NCBI GenBank assembly: GCA_041645325.1
Contig: JBAZQI010000003.1
Span: 1-56,581, forward strand
DNA from: an archaeon
Lineage (GTDB): Archaea > Iainarchaeota > Iainarchaeia > Iainarchaeales > GCA-2688035
DNA: 56,581 bases
Direction of reading: 5' to 3'
The position numbers and the translations under genes were made by a program. Each line of letters begins with the position of its first letter. The first letter of the stretch is position 1. A model generated the notes under the pieces. It did not search any database and was not told where the DNA came from. It worked only from the letters and a program-made list of their open reading frames with translations. Shown piece by piece: positions 7,454-15,095 of the stretch.

Positions 7454-7598
7454 GCGCCTTTTCTTCGTTGAAAGGCGAAGCCGGAAAGCCCGGCTGCGCA
7501 AATTTCCAATTATAGCGAACTGATTATGTTTTGAACTTTTTAGGGCAGTTCGCTATACGCAAATGGCAAATAATTGTTCAAATACATAGGCCATTTGC
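7454..7598. other. Cluster of four consecutive stem-loops in the 310-nt vapB/ugd intergenic region
   Basis: The four are: CGCCTTT-N9-AAAGGCG (7454-7476); AGCCGG-N5-CCGGCT (7478-7494); a perfect 12-bp inverted repeat TATAGCGAACTG-N23-CAGTTCGCTATA (7511-7557); and a perfect 9-bp inverted repeat GCAAATGGC-N22-GCCATTTGC (7559-7598). A CTTTATAAAA box at ~7443-7452 could drive + strand transcription through them. Confidence 0.35.
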
Positions 7599-7671
7599 CA
7601 TAGGTACATCCCTCAAATAAATGCCTTTTTTAACAGTTCTTGTTTTTTGTCTTTCAGGGTAATGAAACTTG

Positions 7672-10359
7672 ATGAAGATTGCCGTTGTTGGAACCGGCTA
7701 TGTCGGGCTTGTTGCAGGCACCTGCTTTGCCGATATGGGCCATGAGGTCATTTGCGTTGACATTGAAGAGGAAAAAATAAGGATGCTTAACGAAGGCAAG
7801 GTGCCGATTTTCGAGCCTGGGCTTGAGGATTTGATTAAGAAAAACGCCAGGGCAAAAAGGCTTTCCTTTACCACTGATTTTGACGATGCTGTGAAAAAAA
7901 GCGACATTATCTTCATTGCTGTTGGAACGCCGCCGAAGCCGAATGGCGACGCAGATTTGAGCTATATTGAGAATGTGGCGAGGGGAATTGCGGCTGCCGC
8001 AAAAAAGCCCAAGATTGTTGTTGAAAAAAGCACTGTTCCTGTTCAGACCTGTGAGAGGATAATCCAGGTGCTGGACTGCAATGACGGTGATGGCAATGGC
8101 AAGTGCGTGAAGCACGTTGTGGTAAGCAACCCCGAGTTTTTAAGGGAAGGGAGCGCGGTAAAGGATTTTTTGTTCCCTGACCGGATTGTGATTGGCACAG
8201 AGGACGAGCACGCGCGCAAGGCAATGGAGGAATTGTATGCTCCTTTGAAGGCAAAAATCCTTTTTACCGACATCAAGAGCGCGGAAATAATAAAGCACGC
8301 AAGCAACAGTTTTCTTGCAGCGAAAATCAGCTTCATCAACGCGGTTGCCAGCATCTGCGAAAAAACAGGCGCGGACATCGGAAGGGTCGCCGAAGGCATG
8401 GGCTTGGACAAGCGCATTGGGGCAAGCTTCCTGAATGCGGGCATTGGTTATGGCGGCTTCTGCTTTTCCGGCAAAGAGCTTGTTTTTGCCGGGAATCCTT
8501 CTGTTCAGCCAACTGCTTTTGAAGATGCTTTCAATGGCTTTGACAGCAAAAAGGATTTCAGGTGCCTTGTTTTTAAGAATGGCGCTGTGGTTGAAGCGCC
8601 TTTGGTTGGCTTTTCCAAGAGGCACTTTAAAGGCGAAATGCTTTCGATTTCTACTGCAATGGGGCGAAGCATAGAAGTAACTGCAGAGCACCCTTTGCCT
8701 GTTGTGAAGGGCGGCAAAATGTTTGTGAAGGAAGCTAAAAGTGTTGAAATCGGAGACGAGCTGCCTTTCATTGCAAGCCTGCCTGAGAAGCCTGTTGAAA
8801 GAATTGATTTAATTGATGCTATTTCAGGGCACCCTGGGTTTTTTTCTTCGATTAAACTCAGGCCAAAAAGCAAAAAACTCATTGATTTGAAGGGCAGAAT
8901 TGCCCCTTTCCTGAAAGTTTCCCCCATGGTGAAGCACGATTATTTCAGAAAGAACTATTTGCGGCTTAAGGATTTCCTGCAATTGGAAGCAGCTGGTGCA
9001 ATGCCTTTGCCAAGGGAAGAATTCATGCTTTTCACTGCAAAGGGCAATACGACTTATTTTCCGGCGATCCTAAAACTTGATGAAAGCTTTTGGCGGTTCG
9101 TTGGCTACTATCTGGCTGAAGGCGATATTTTTTATGAAAAGTGCGAAAGGGGCACAAGAAGCAGAATAAAAATAACATTTAATTCAAAAGAGAGGGAATA
9201 CATTGAAGATGTTTCCGGAATTTTGTCTTCCCTTGGAATAAAGTTTTTGCTTGGCAACTATGGGAAAACCGCAAGGTTCACTGTCAGCTCAAAGGTCTTT
9301 TGCTTTCTTTTGGATTCTGTTTTGAAATGCGGCAGGACAAGCTATGACGCAAATGTTCCTTCAATGGCTTTCCTGCAAAGCAAAGAAAACAAAAAAAGCC
9401 TGCTGCAGGGGCTGTTCAGGGGAGATGCTTACCCTTATTTCCACAAGCATGCAGAAGCCATTACAATAGAGTATGGCACTGTGAGCGAAAAGCTTGCAAA
9501 TTCAGTCATTGTTTTGCTGCAGTCTCTTGGCGTAGTGGCAAGCCGCAAAACACAGTTGATGAAAAAATCAACGGTTCCGGCGCATATTGTAAGGGTTTCC
9601 TGCAATAGCCAGGTAAGGAAGCTGTGCTTTTTTGACTCAGGCACGAACAAAAAAATTATTGCAAAGCTGTCTAAAAGCAGGAAAAAAATAAGGCCGATCG
9701 GGTTTAGGGAATACAAAGGCTTTTTTGGCTTAAAGGTCAAAAAAATCGAAAAGCGATTGGTGGAAAAAGATGTTTACTCTTTGCAGTTGCTTAAAGAACC
9801 GCACTTGTTTGTTTCCTCATACGGCTTGATTGCACACAACTGTTTTCCAAAGGACGTTGAGGCATTCATCAGGATTTCTGAAAAAAACGGCTATGATTTC
9901 AAGCTTTTGAAGGAAGTGCAGGCAGTCAACAATTTCCAGAAGCAAAACTTTGTGAAAAGGGTTGAGGATGCCCTTTGGAATCTGAATGGCAAGACAATCG
10001 GCGTGCTTGGGCTTGCGTTCAAGCCAAATACAGACGACATGCGCTTTGCGCCGAGCATTGACATAATCAACGCTTTGCTCAAGGAGGGTGCAAAGGTAAA
10101 GGCGTTTGACCCTGAGGCAATGGAAAGGGCAAAGGCAATTCTTGGCGGCAAAATAGAGTACTGCGAGGACATGTATGCCGTTGCACAGGGCGCTGACGCG
10201 CTTTTGTTCCTCACGGAATGGGATTGCTTCAAAAAGATTGATTTGGCAAAAGCCAAAAAGCTCCTGAAGCAGCCGTTTTTATTCGACGGCAGGAACATGT
10301 TTGACCCAAAGGAAATGCGTTCCCTTGGTTTCAAGTACGAAAGCATTGGAAGGTTGTAA
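7672..10359 (+). CDS. ugd: UDP-glucose 6-dehydrogenase interrupted by a 460-aa intein (mature extein ~435 aa)
   Basis: The N-terminal Rossmann motif MKIAVVGTGYVGLV and EFLREGSAVKDF are present. GIGYGGF | intein | CFPKDVEAF reconstitutes the catalytic GG-x-CFPKD motif. The C-terminal part has GLAFKPNTDDMR. The ATG at 7672 lies one codon inside the track TTG start. Confidence 0.92.
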   Translation: MKIAVVGTGYVGLVAGTCFADMGHEVICVDIEEEKIRMLNEGKVPIFEPGLEDLIKKNARAKRLSFTTDFDDAVKKSDIIFIAVGTPPKPNGDADLSYIENVARGIAAAAKKPKIVVEKSTVPVQTCERIIQVLDCNDGDGNGKCVKHVVVSNPEFLREGSAVKDFLFPDRIVIGTEDEHARKAMEELYAPLKAKILFTDIKSAEIIKHASNSFLAAKISFINAVASICEKTGADIGRVAEGMGLDKRIGASFLNAGIGYGGFCFSGKELVFAGNPSVQPTAFEDAFNGFDSKKDFRCLVFKNGAVVEAPLVGFSKRHFKGEMLSISTAMGRSIEVTAEHPLPVVKGGKMFVKEAKSVEIGDELPFIASLPEKPVERIDLIDAISGHPGFFSSIKLRPKSKKLIDLKGRIAPFLKVSPMVKHDYFRKNYLRLKDFLQLEAAGAMPLPREEFMLFTAKGNTTYFPAILKLDESFWRFVGYYLAEGDIFYEKCERGTRSRIKITFNSKEREYIEDVSGILSSLGIKFLLGNYGKTARFTVSSKVFCFLLDSVLKCGRTSYDANVPSMAFLQSKENKKSLLQGLFRGDAYPYFHKHAEAITIEYGTVSEKLANSVIVLLQSLGVVASRKTQLMKKSTVPAHIVRVSCNSQVRKLCFFDSGTNKKIIAKLSKSRKKIRPIGFREYKGFFGLKVKKIEKRLVEKDVYSLQLLKEPHLFVSSYGLIAHNCFPKDVEAFIRISEKNGYDFKLLKEVQAVNNFQKQNFVKRVEDALWNLNGKTIGVLGLAFKPNTDDMRFAPSIDIINALLKEGAKVKAFDPEAMERAKAILGGKIEYCEDMYAVAQGADALLFLTEWDCFKKIDLAKAKKLLKQPFLFDGRNMFDPKEMRSLGFKYESIGRL
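8461..9840 (+). mobile_element. Full-size intein with a LAGLIDADG homing-endonuclease domain, inserted immediately before the catalytic Cys of ugd
   Basis: It starts with Cys (CFSGKELVF), has block B VTAEHPL, two LAGLIDADG-type motifs (VGYYLAEGD and LLQGLFRGDAY), and ends ...GLIAHN followed by the +1 Cys (9841-9843). Its 1380 nt are in frame. Confidence 0.88.
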
Positions 10360-11094
10360 ATGCAGGTGATTATTCCGGCTGCGGGATACGCCACCAGGCT
10401 TTATCCACTTACGTTGGACAAGCCAAAGGCATTGCTTAAAGTAAAGGGAAAGCCGATTCTTGGGCACATAATAAAACGAATTGAGGAATTGCCGGGTGTT
10501 GAGGGAATTTTCATTGCAAGCAATGCAAAGTACTACCCGAATTTTGAAAAATGGCTCAGGGGATTCAAAAGCAAAATTCCGATAAGGCTTTTGAATGATG
10601 GCACGAAAAGCAATGAGGACCGGCTTGGCCAGATTGGGGACATCCAATTGGCAATTGACAAGTTCGGCCTGAAGCAGGACCTGCTGATGGTTTCAGGCGA
10701 CAACCTGTTCAACTTCAGCCTGCTTCCAGTGCACGGCTTTTTCGCGAAAAAGCGCGCAATTGTGAACGCGCTTTGGGACAGCAAAAGCATTGAAACCGCG
10801 AAGCAGCAGGGAATTGCGGTTGTCGATGAAGGCGGAAAATTTGTTGAGTTCCAGGAAAAAGACGAAAACCCGAAGAGCACGCTCACCTCGCTTGGAATAT
10901 ACTTTTTCCCGAAAGAGCAGGTAAGGCTTTTCAGGCAATTTATTGAAGGCGGCAACAACGTGGACAAAATGGGCTATTTCATGATTTGGCTCATAGAAAA
11001 CAGCGCAGTCTACGGCTTTACCTACAGGGAAAAATGGTTTGACATAGGGTGGCACTCGTCATTGAAGCAGGCAAGGAAAGAATTTGAGCCCTGA
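10360..11094 (+). CDS. Sugar-1-phosphate nucleotidyltransferase (NTP_transferase family)
   Basis: MQVIIPAAGYATRLYPLTLDKPKALLKV is present. The ATG directly follows the ugd TAA stop. Confidence 0.85.
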   Translation: MQVIIPAAGYATRLYPLTLDKPKALLKVKGKPILGHIIKRIEELPGVEGIFIASNAKYYPNFEKWLRGFKSKIPIRLLNDGTKSNEDRLGQIGDIQLAIDKFGLKQDLLMVSGDNLFNFSLLPVHGFFAKKRAIVNALWDSKSIETAKQQGIAVVDEGGKFVEFQEKDENPKSTLTSLGIYFFPKEQVRLFRQFIEGGNNVDKMGYFMIWLIENSAVYGFTYREKWFDIGWHSSLKQARKEFEP

Positions 11095-11150
11095 GCCTTT
11101 AGCAGATGCTTTAAATAGTTTTTATTGCCAAATTTATCAGGTGTTCCGGA

Positions 11151-12092
11151 TTGAAAACTGCGGTGGTAACAGGTGGTGCCGGCTTCATCGGAAGCCATTT
11201 GTGTGAAGCCTTGCTTGAAAAAAAAATGAGGGTGATATGCGTTGACAATTTTGCCACCGGTGCAAGGGAAAACATTGCGCACCTGAAGCGGAATCCGGAT
11301 TTTTCGCTTTTGGAGCAGGACATCACAATTCCATTTGAAATTGAGGGCCGGGTTGATTTTGTTTTTAACCTTGCAAGCCCTGCTTCTCCCAAGGATTTTG
11401 CAAAAATGCCGGTGGAAATAATGCTCGTAAATTCCATCGGGACAAAAAACATGCTTGGCATTGCGCTTGCAAAAAAGGCGCGCTTTTTGGAGGCCTCAAC
11501 AAGCGAGGTCTACGGGCAGCCGTTGGAGCACCCGCAAAAGGAAACCTATTGGGGCAATGTGAATTCAATTGGGATGCGAAGCTGTTATGATGAGGGAAAG
11601 CGCTTCAGCGAAGCCCTTGCAATGGCATTTGCAAGAAATAAGGGTGTGGATGTGAGGATTGCGCGCATTTTCAACACTTATGGCCCAAGGATGCGATTGG
11701 ATGACGGCAGGGTAACGCCGAATTTCATCACGCAGGCACTTGCAGAAAAGCCGCTCACTGTTTACGGCGATGGCAAGCAGACAAGGTCTTTTTGCTTTGT
11801 AAGCGATTTGGTTGCAGGGCTGATGAAACTCATGGAATCAAATTATTCAGGGCCTGTTAACATTGGGAACCCGCAAGAAATAACTGTCAAGCAGTTTGCC
11901 GAAGCGGTTTTGAGGATTTCAAAAAGCAAGAGCGTGCTTTCCTTCAAAAAGCTTCCACAGGATGACCCTGAACGGAGAAAGCCGGACATTTCCCTTGCAA
12001 AAAAAGAGCTGGGCTGGGAGCCAAAAGTTTCTTTGGAAGAAGGGCTGTGCAAGACAGTCGAGTTCTTTAAGGCGAGGCTGGTTTTTTCATGA
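11151..12092 (+). CDS. uxs: UDP-glucuronate decarboxylase (UDP-xylose synthase), extended SDR
   Basis: [39 protein letters not shown] and [10 protein letters not shown] form the characteristic UXS motif set. It has a TTG start with AGGTG upstream and a TTTAAATAG box ~30 nt further up. Confidence 0.9.
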   Translation: MKTAVVTGGAGFIGSHLCEALLEKKMRVICVDNFATGARENIAHLKRNPDFSLLEQDITIPFEIEGRVDFVFNLASPASPKDFAKMPVEIMLVNSIGTKNMLGIALAKKARFLEASTSEVYGQPLEHPQKETYWGNVNSIGMRSCYDEGKRFSEALAMAFARNKGVDVRIARIFNTYGPRMRLDDGRVTPNFITQALAEKPLTVYGDGKQTRSFCFVSDLVAGLMKLMESNYSGPVNIGNPQEITVKQFAEAVLRISKSKSVLSFKKLPQDDPERRKPDISLAKKELGWEPKVSLEEGLCKTVEFFKARLVFS

Positions 12093-13369
12093 AGGCTGTT
12101 GCAATAATCGGATTGGGCTATGTCGGCTTGCCGCTTGCCTGCATTTGCGCAGGGAAGGGCTACAAGGTTATGGGCTTTGACCTTGATGCCGAAAAGGTTG
12201 CTTTGATAAACGCGGGAAAGAGCCCGATAAAGGATGCCTTTGTGGAAAAGCGGCTCGGGGCATTGAAAGGCAAAATCAGGGCTTCAACCGTTGCAAAAGA
12301 GGCGCTTGAGAAGGCGGATGTTGCCATTATTTGCGTTCCAACGCCTGCAATAAATGACAAGCCAGACCTTTCTTTTGTGAAAAGCGCTTGCGAGTCCCTT
12401 GCGCCTTTTGTTTCAAAAAAAGAGCTTGTGATTCTGGAATCAACCGTTTATCCAGGCACTGTGGAAGAAATAGTGAAGCCAATCCTTGAAAAGGGCTCCG
12501 GCCTTGAAGCCGAAAAAGATTTCTTTTTGGGGCATTGCCCTGAGCGCATTGACCCCGGCAACAAAAAATTCACCATAGAAAACATTCCGAGGGTAATTGC
12601 CTGCCTTTCTGTGCCGGGTACGGAAAAGGCAAAAAAATTCTACGAGAGCATTATTGACGCAAAGGTGACCGTGCTTGGCAGCGTCAAGGCGGCGGAAGCC
12701 GTGAAGGTTGTTGAAAACACTTTTCGGGACATAAACATTGCCTATGTGAACGAGCTTGCAAAGAGCTTTGACAGCATGGGCATTGACTTTTCAGAGGTGA
12801 TAAAGGGCGCGAGCACAAAGCCGTTTGGCTTCATGCCTTTTTACCCCGGGCCAGGCGTTGGAGGCCATTGCATTGCACAGGACCCTTATTATCTCATTGC
12901 AAGGTCAGAGAGCTTCGGCTTTGAGCCGAAGTTTTTGAAGCTTGCAAGGCAGATAAACGAAAGCATGCCATCTTACACGGTTTCGCTTGTTGAATCAATG
13001 CTTGGCAAAAGCGGCATTCAGGCCAGGGGAGCCAAGATTGCCCTGCTGGGCCTTTCTTACAAGCCTGATATTGATGATTCAAGGGAAAGCCCTGCATTGA
13101 AGATTCTTGCGCTGCTGAAGGAAAGGGGCGCCGACGTAAGGGCATTTGACCCTTTTGTGAAAAAGAAAAGCAATGCCGCTTCTTTGGAAGAGGCAATTAA
13201 AGGCTGTGATTGCGTTGTGCTTGCAACCCACCACGGGCAATTTATTGAAAAGCTTTCGCCCCCAATGCTCAAAAAATTGGGCGTTAAAATCGTGGTTGAC
13301 GCAAGGAATGTTTTGGACAAGGAAGGCATTTTGAAACAGGGCATTGCCTACAAGGGCATTGGAAGGTGA
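12089..13369 (+). CDS. Nucleotide-sugar 6-dehydrogenase, UDP-GlcNAc/ManNAc-dehydrogenase-like (UDPG_MGDP_dh family)
   Basis: AIIGLGYVGLPLA, the catalytic-Cys motif GPGVGGHCIAQDPYYL and GLSYKPDIDDSRESP are present. It overlaps uxs by 4 nt. Confidence 0.88.
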   Translation: MKAVAIIGLGYVGLPLACICAGKGYKVMGFDLDAEKVALINAGKSPIKDAFVEKRLGALKGKIRASTVAKEALEKADVAIICVPTPAINDKPDLSFVKSACESLAPFVSKKELVILESTVYPGTVEEIVKPILEKGSGLEAEKDFFLGHCPERIDPGNKKFTIENIPRVIACLSVPGTEKAKKFYESIIDAKVTVLGSVKAAEAVKVVENTFRDINIAYVNELAKSFDSMGIDFSEVIKGASTKPFGFMPFYPGPGVGGHCIAQDPYYLIARSESFGFEPKFLKLARQINESMPSYTVSLVESMLGKSGIQARGAKIALLGLSYKPDIDDSRESPALKILALLKERGADVRAFDPFVKKKSNAASLEEAIKGCDCVVLATHHGQFIEKLSPPMLKKLGVKIVVDARNVLDKEGILKQGIAYKGIGR

Positions 13370-13398
13370 TTTGCCTTGCTTGGGGCAAAGCCCTGTTG

Positions 13399-13941
13399 TC
13401 ATTCCACAATCCACTTTTCTTTAACCAGTTTTTTGTACAGCTTTTCAGCGGACTCTTGCACCGATTCCTTGTCTGTTTCAAGCACCAGGTCCGGTTTTTT
13501 TGGTTCCTCGTAAGGCAGGTTTATTCCGAGGAAAGTTTCAAAGCCTGGTTTTTTTGCCTTTGCGTCCTTGTAATGGCCTTTTACATCCCTCTGCTCGCAT
13601 ACCTCCAAGGGGCATTTTACGAAAATTTCCAAAAAATTCCGGATACTGCTTTTTGCATAATCCCTGATTTCCTGCATGGGAGAGGCAACGCAGGCAATGT
13701 TCAGAACACCATTGCTTGAAATAAGCTCGCAGATGTCAGCAACCCTTTTGATGTGCTTATTCCTGTCTTCCCTTGAAAAGCCAAGGTCCGCAGAAATTTT
13801 TTTCCTTACTGCATCGCCATCCAAAACAACAAGCTTCACCCCGTTTTTCCTCAGCTTTTCCGCAAGCGCATTCGCAATAGTAGTCTTGCCGCTGCAATGC
13901 AAGCCAGTGAACCAGACTGTACCGCCTTTTGCTTGCATCAA
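13399..13941 (-). CDS. cysC: Adenylylsulfate (APS) kinase
   Basis: The P-loop VWFTGLHCSGKTTIA, LDGDAVRK and GFSREDRNKHIKRV are present. It overlaps sat by 4 nt. Confidence 0.92.
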   Translation of the reverse strand: MMQAKGGTVWFTGLHCSGKTTIANALAEKLRKNGVKLVVLDGDAVRKKISADLGFSREDRNKHIKRVADICELISSNGVLNIACVASPMQEIRDYAKSSIRNFLEIFVKCPLEVCEQRDVKGHYKDAKAKKPGFETFLGINLPYEEPKKPDLVLETDKESVQESAEKLYKKLVKEKWIVE

Positions 13942-15092
13942 ATCAAATCCTCCTTGCTTAAAACACCTGCAACCTCCGGCCTTATAAGGCCAGGGCTCAT
14001 TGGCTTGCCTTCCATCAAAAGGTTTCTCACTGTTGTGCCGCTGATTTTCTGGAAATGTTCCTTTTCTTCCTCTGGAACTGCCCCTTCTTCCAAGACAATG
14101 TCTTTTTCCTTGTGAAAGTAGTAAACCGTGTCAATTGAAATTGGCTCAATGCCAACGCTTTCAGCCATTGTTTCAAGCATCCTGCAGGCTTCATCTATTT
14201 TGTAAAAGTCTTTGCCGAAAGCGCTTTTGACGCCTGCGTGGTCCCTGCCTACGATGAAGTGCGTGCACCCGAAGTTTTTCCTGACAATTGCATGGAATAT
14301 CACGTCCTTTGGGCCGGCGTAAAACATTGTTGTTGAAAGGGTTGAAAGCAAGACCCTATTTTTCGGGTAATAGTTTTCTATAAGCTGTTTGTAGGCCCTG
14401 ACTATTGCCTCCGGGCTGAAGTCACCGGGCTTTCTCCAGCCAATGATTGGCTGAATCATCAGGCCATCGCATATTTCAAGCGCCCGCCTTTGAAGGTTTT
14501 CATGGCCCCTGTGCGGAACATTTCTTGTATGGAAAGCCGCAATTGTTTCCCAGCCCTTTTTCTTGAATATTTCCCTTGTTTGCTTTGGCGTAAAATGGCA
14601 GTCGCTTGGCTCATGTTCAAAGCTGCTAATCTGCGTTATTTTTCCGCCAACAAAAAAGTCATCCAGAGAGCACAATTTGCTTACTCCTGGGTGGCTCAAG
14701 TCAGTTGTGCCAAAAATTTTTTTTGCGATTTGCTTTTTGTCAAATTTGAAAGTTTCTTCGACGTCCATTATCGCCTGCAGCTTCCCATCGAAAAACAGTC
14801 CTGCCCTTTCCGCTTTTAGGCCTTTAAGCTCAAGCGCTTTCTCTTTCGGCACTGAAAGCAATATGGGAACTGACCAAGGCAGGCCGTTAGGCAGCTGCGT
14901 TTTTTCTGTGCATGAAAAAAGCTCTTCTTGGCGCATGAATCCCTCCAGAGGAGAAAACGCACCGGTTGCAATCAGTTCTATGTTCAGCAGAATGTCCCTG
15001 TCTGTGTCAATTCTTGCCTGAAACTCCGGCACCCTGCCATTGTGCAGTGCCCTGTCGACAAGTTTTCCGCCATACGGTTTGTTTATAGCCAT
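13938..15092 (-). CDS. sat: Sulfate adenylyltransferase (ATP sulfurylase)
   Basis: AFHTRNVPHRGHE and HFIVGRDHAGV are the ATP-sulfurylase signature motifs. An N-terminal PUA-like region is present. Confidence 0.92.
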   Translation of the reverse strand: MAINKPYGGKLVDRALHNGRVPEFQARIDTDRDILLNIELIATGAFSPLEGFMRQEELFSCTEKTQLPNGLPWSVPILLSVPKEKALELKGLKAERAGLFFDGKLQAIMDVEETFKFDKKQIAKKIFGTTDLSHPGVSKLCSLDDFFVGGKITQISSFEHEPSDCHFTPKQTREIFKKKGWETIAAFHTRNVPHRGHENLQRRALEICDGLMIQPIIGWRKPGDFSPEAIVRAYKQLIENYYPKNRVLLSTLSTTMFYAGPKDVIFHAIVRKNFGCTHFIVGRDHAGVKSAFGKDFYKIDEACRMLETMAESVGIEPISIDTVYYFHKEKDIVLEEGAVPEEEKEHFQKISGTTVRNLLMEGKPMSPGLIRPEVAGVLSKEDLI

Positions 15093-15095
15093 CGC

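Noticed and set aside
7654-8927. Minus-strand ORFs (7654-8115, 7913-8254, 8043-8444, 8140-8691, 8505-8927) across the 5' half of ugd and its intein.
   Set aside because: They are antisense to an unambiguous ugd/intein reading frame and carry no motifs.
12894-13196. The recurring MPLPK N-terminus in three track ORFs (34-246, 1110-1445, 12894-13196), which looked like a repeated peptide.
   Set aside because: All three are antisense shadow ORFs. The underlying nucleotide sequences differ (TTGCCCTTGCCAAAA, ATGCCACTGCCAAAA, TTGCCTCTTCCAAAG), so this is coincidence.
13371-13392. A weak hairpin (TTTGCC-N8-GGCAAA) between the convergent dehydrogenase and cysC genes, considered as a bidirectional terminator. 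There is a similar weak stem at ~35255-35295.
   Set aside because: The stems are only 5-6 bp and lack clear T-runs, so they are too weak to annotate.
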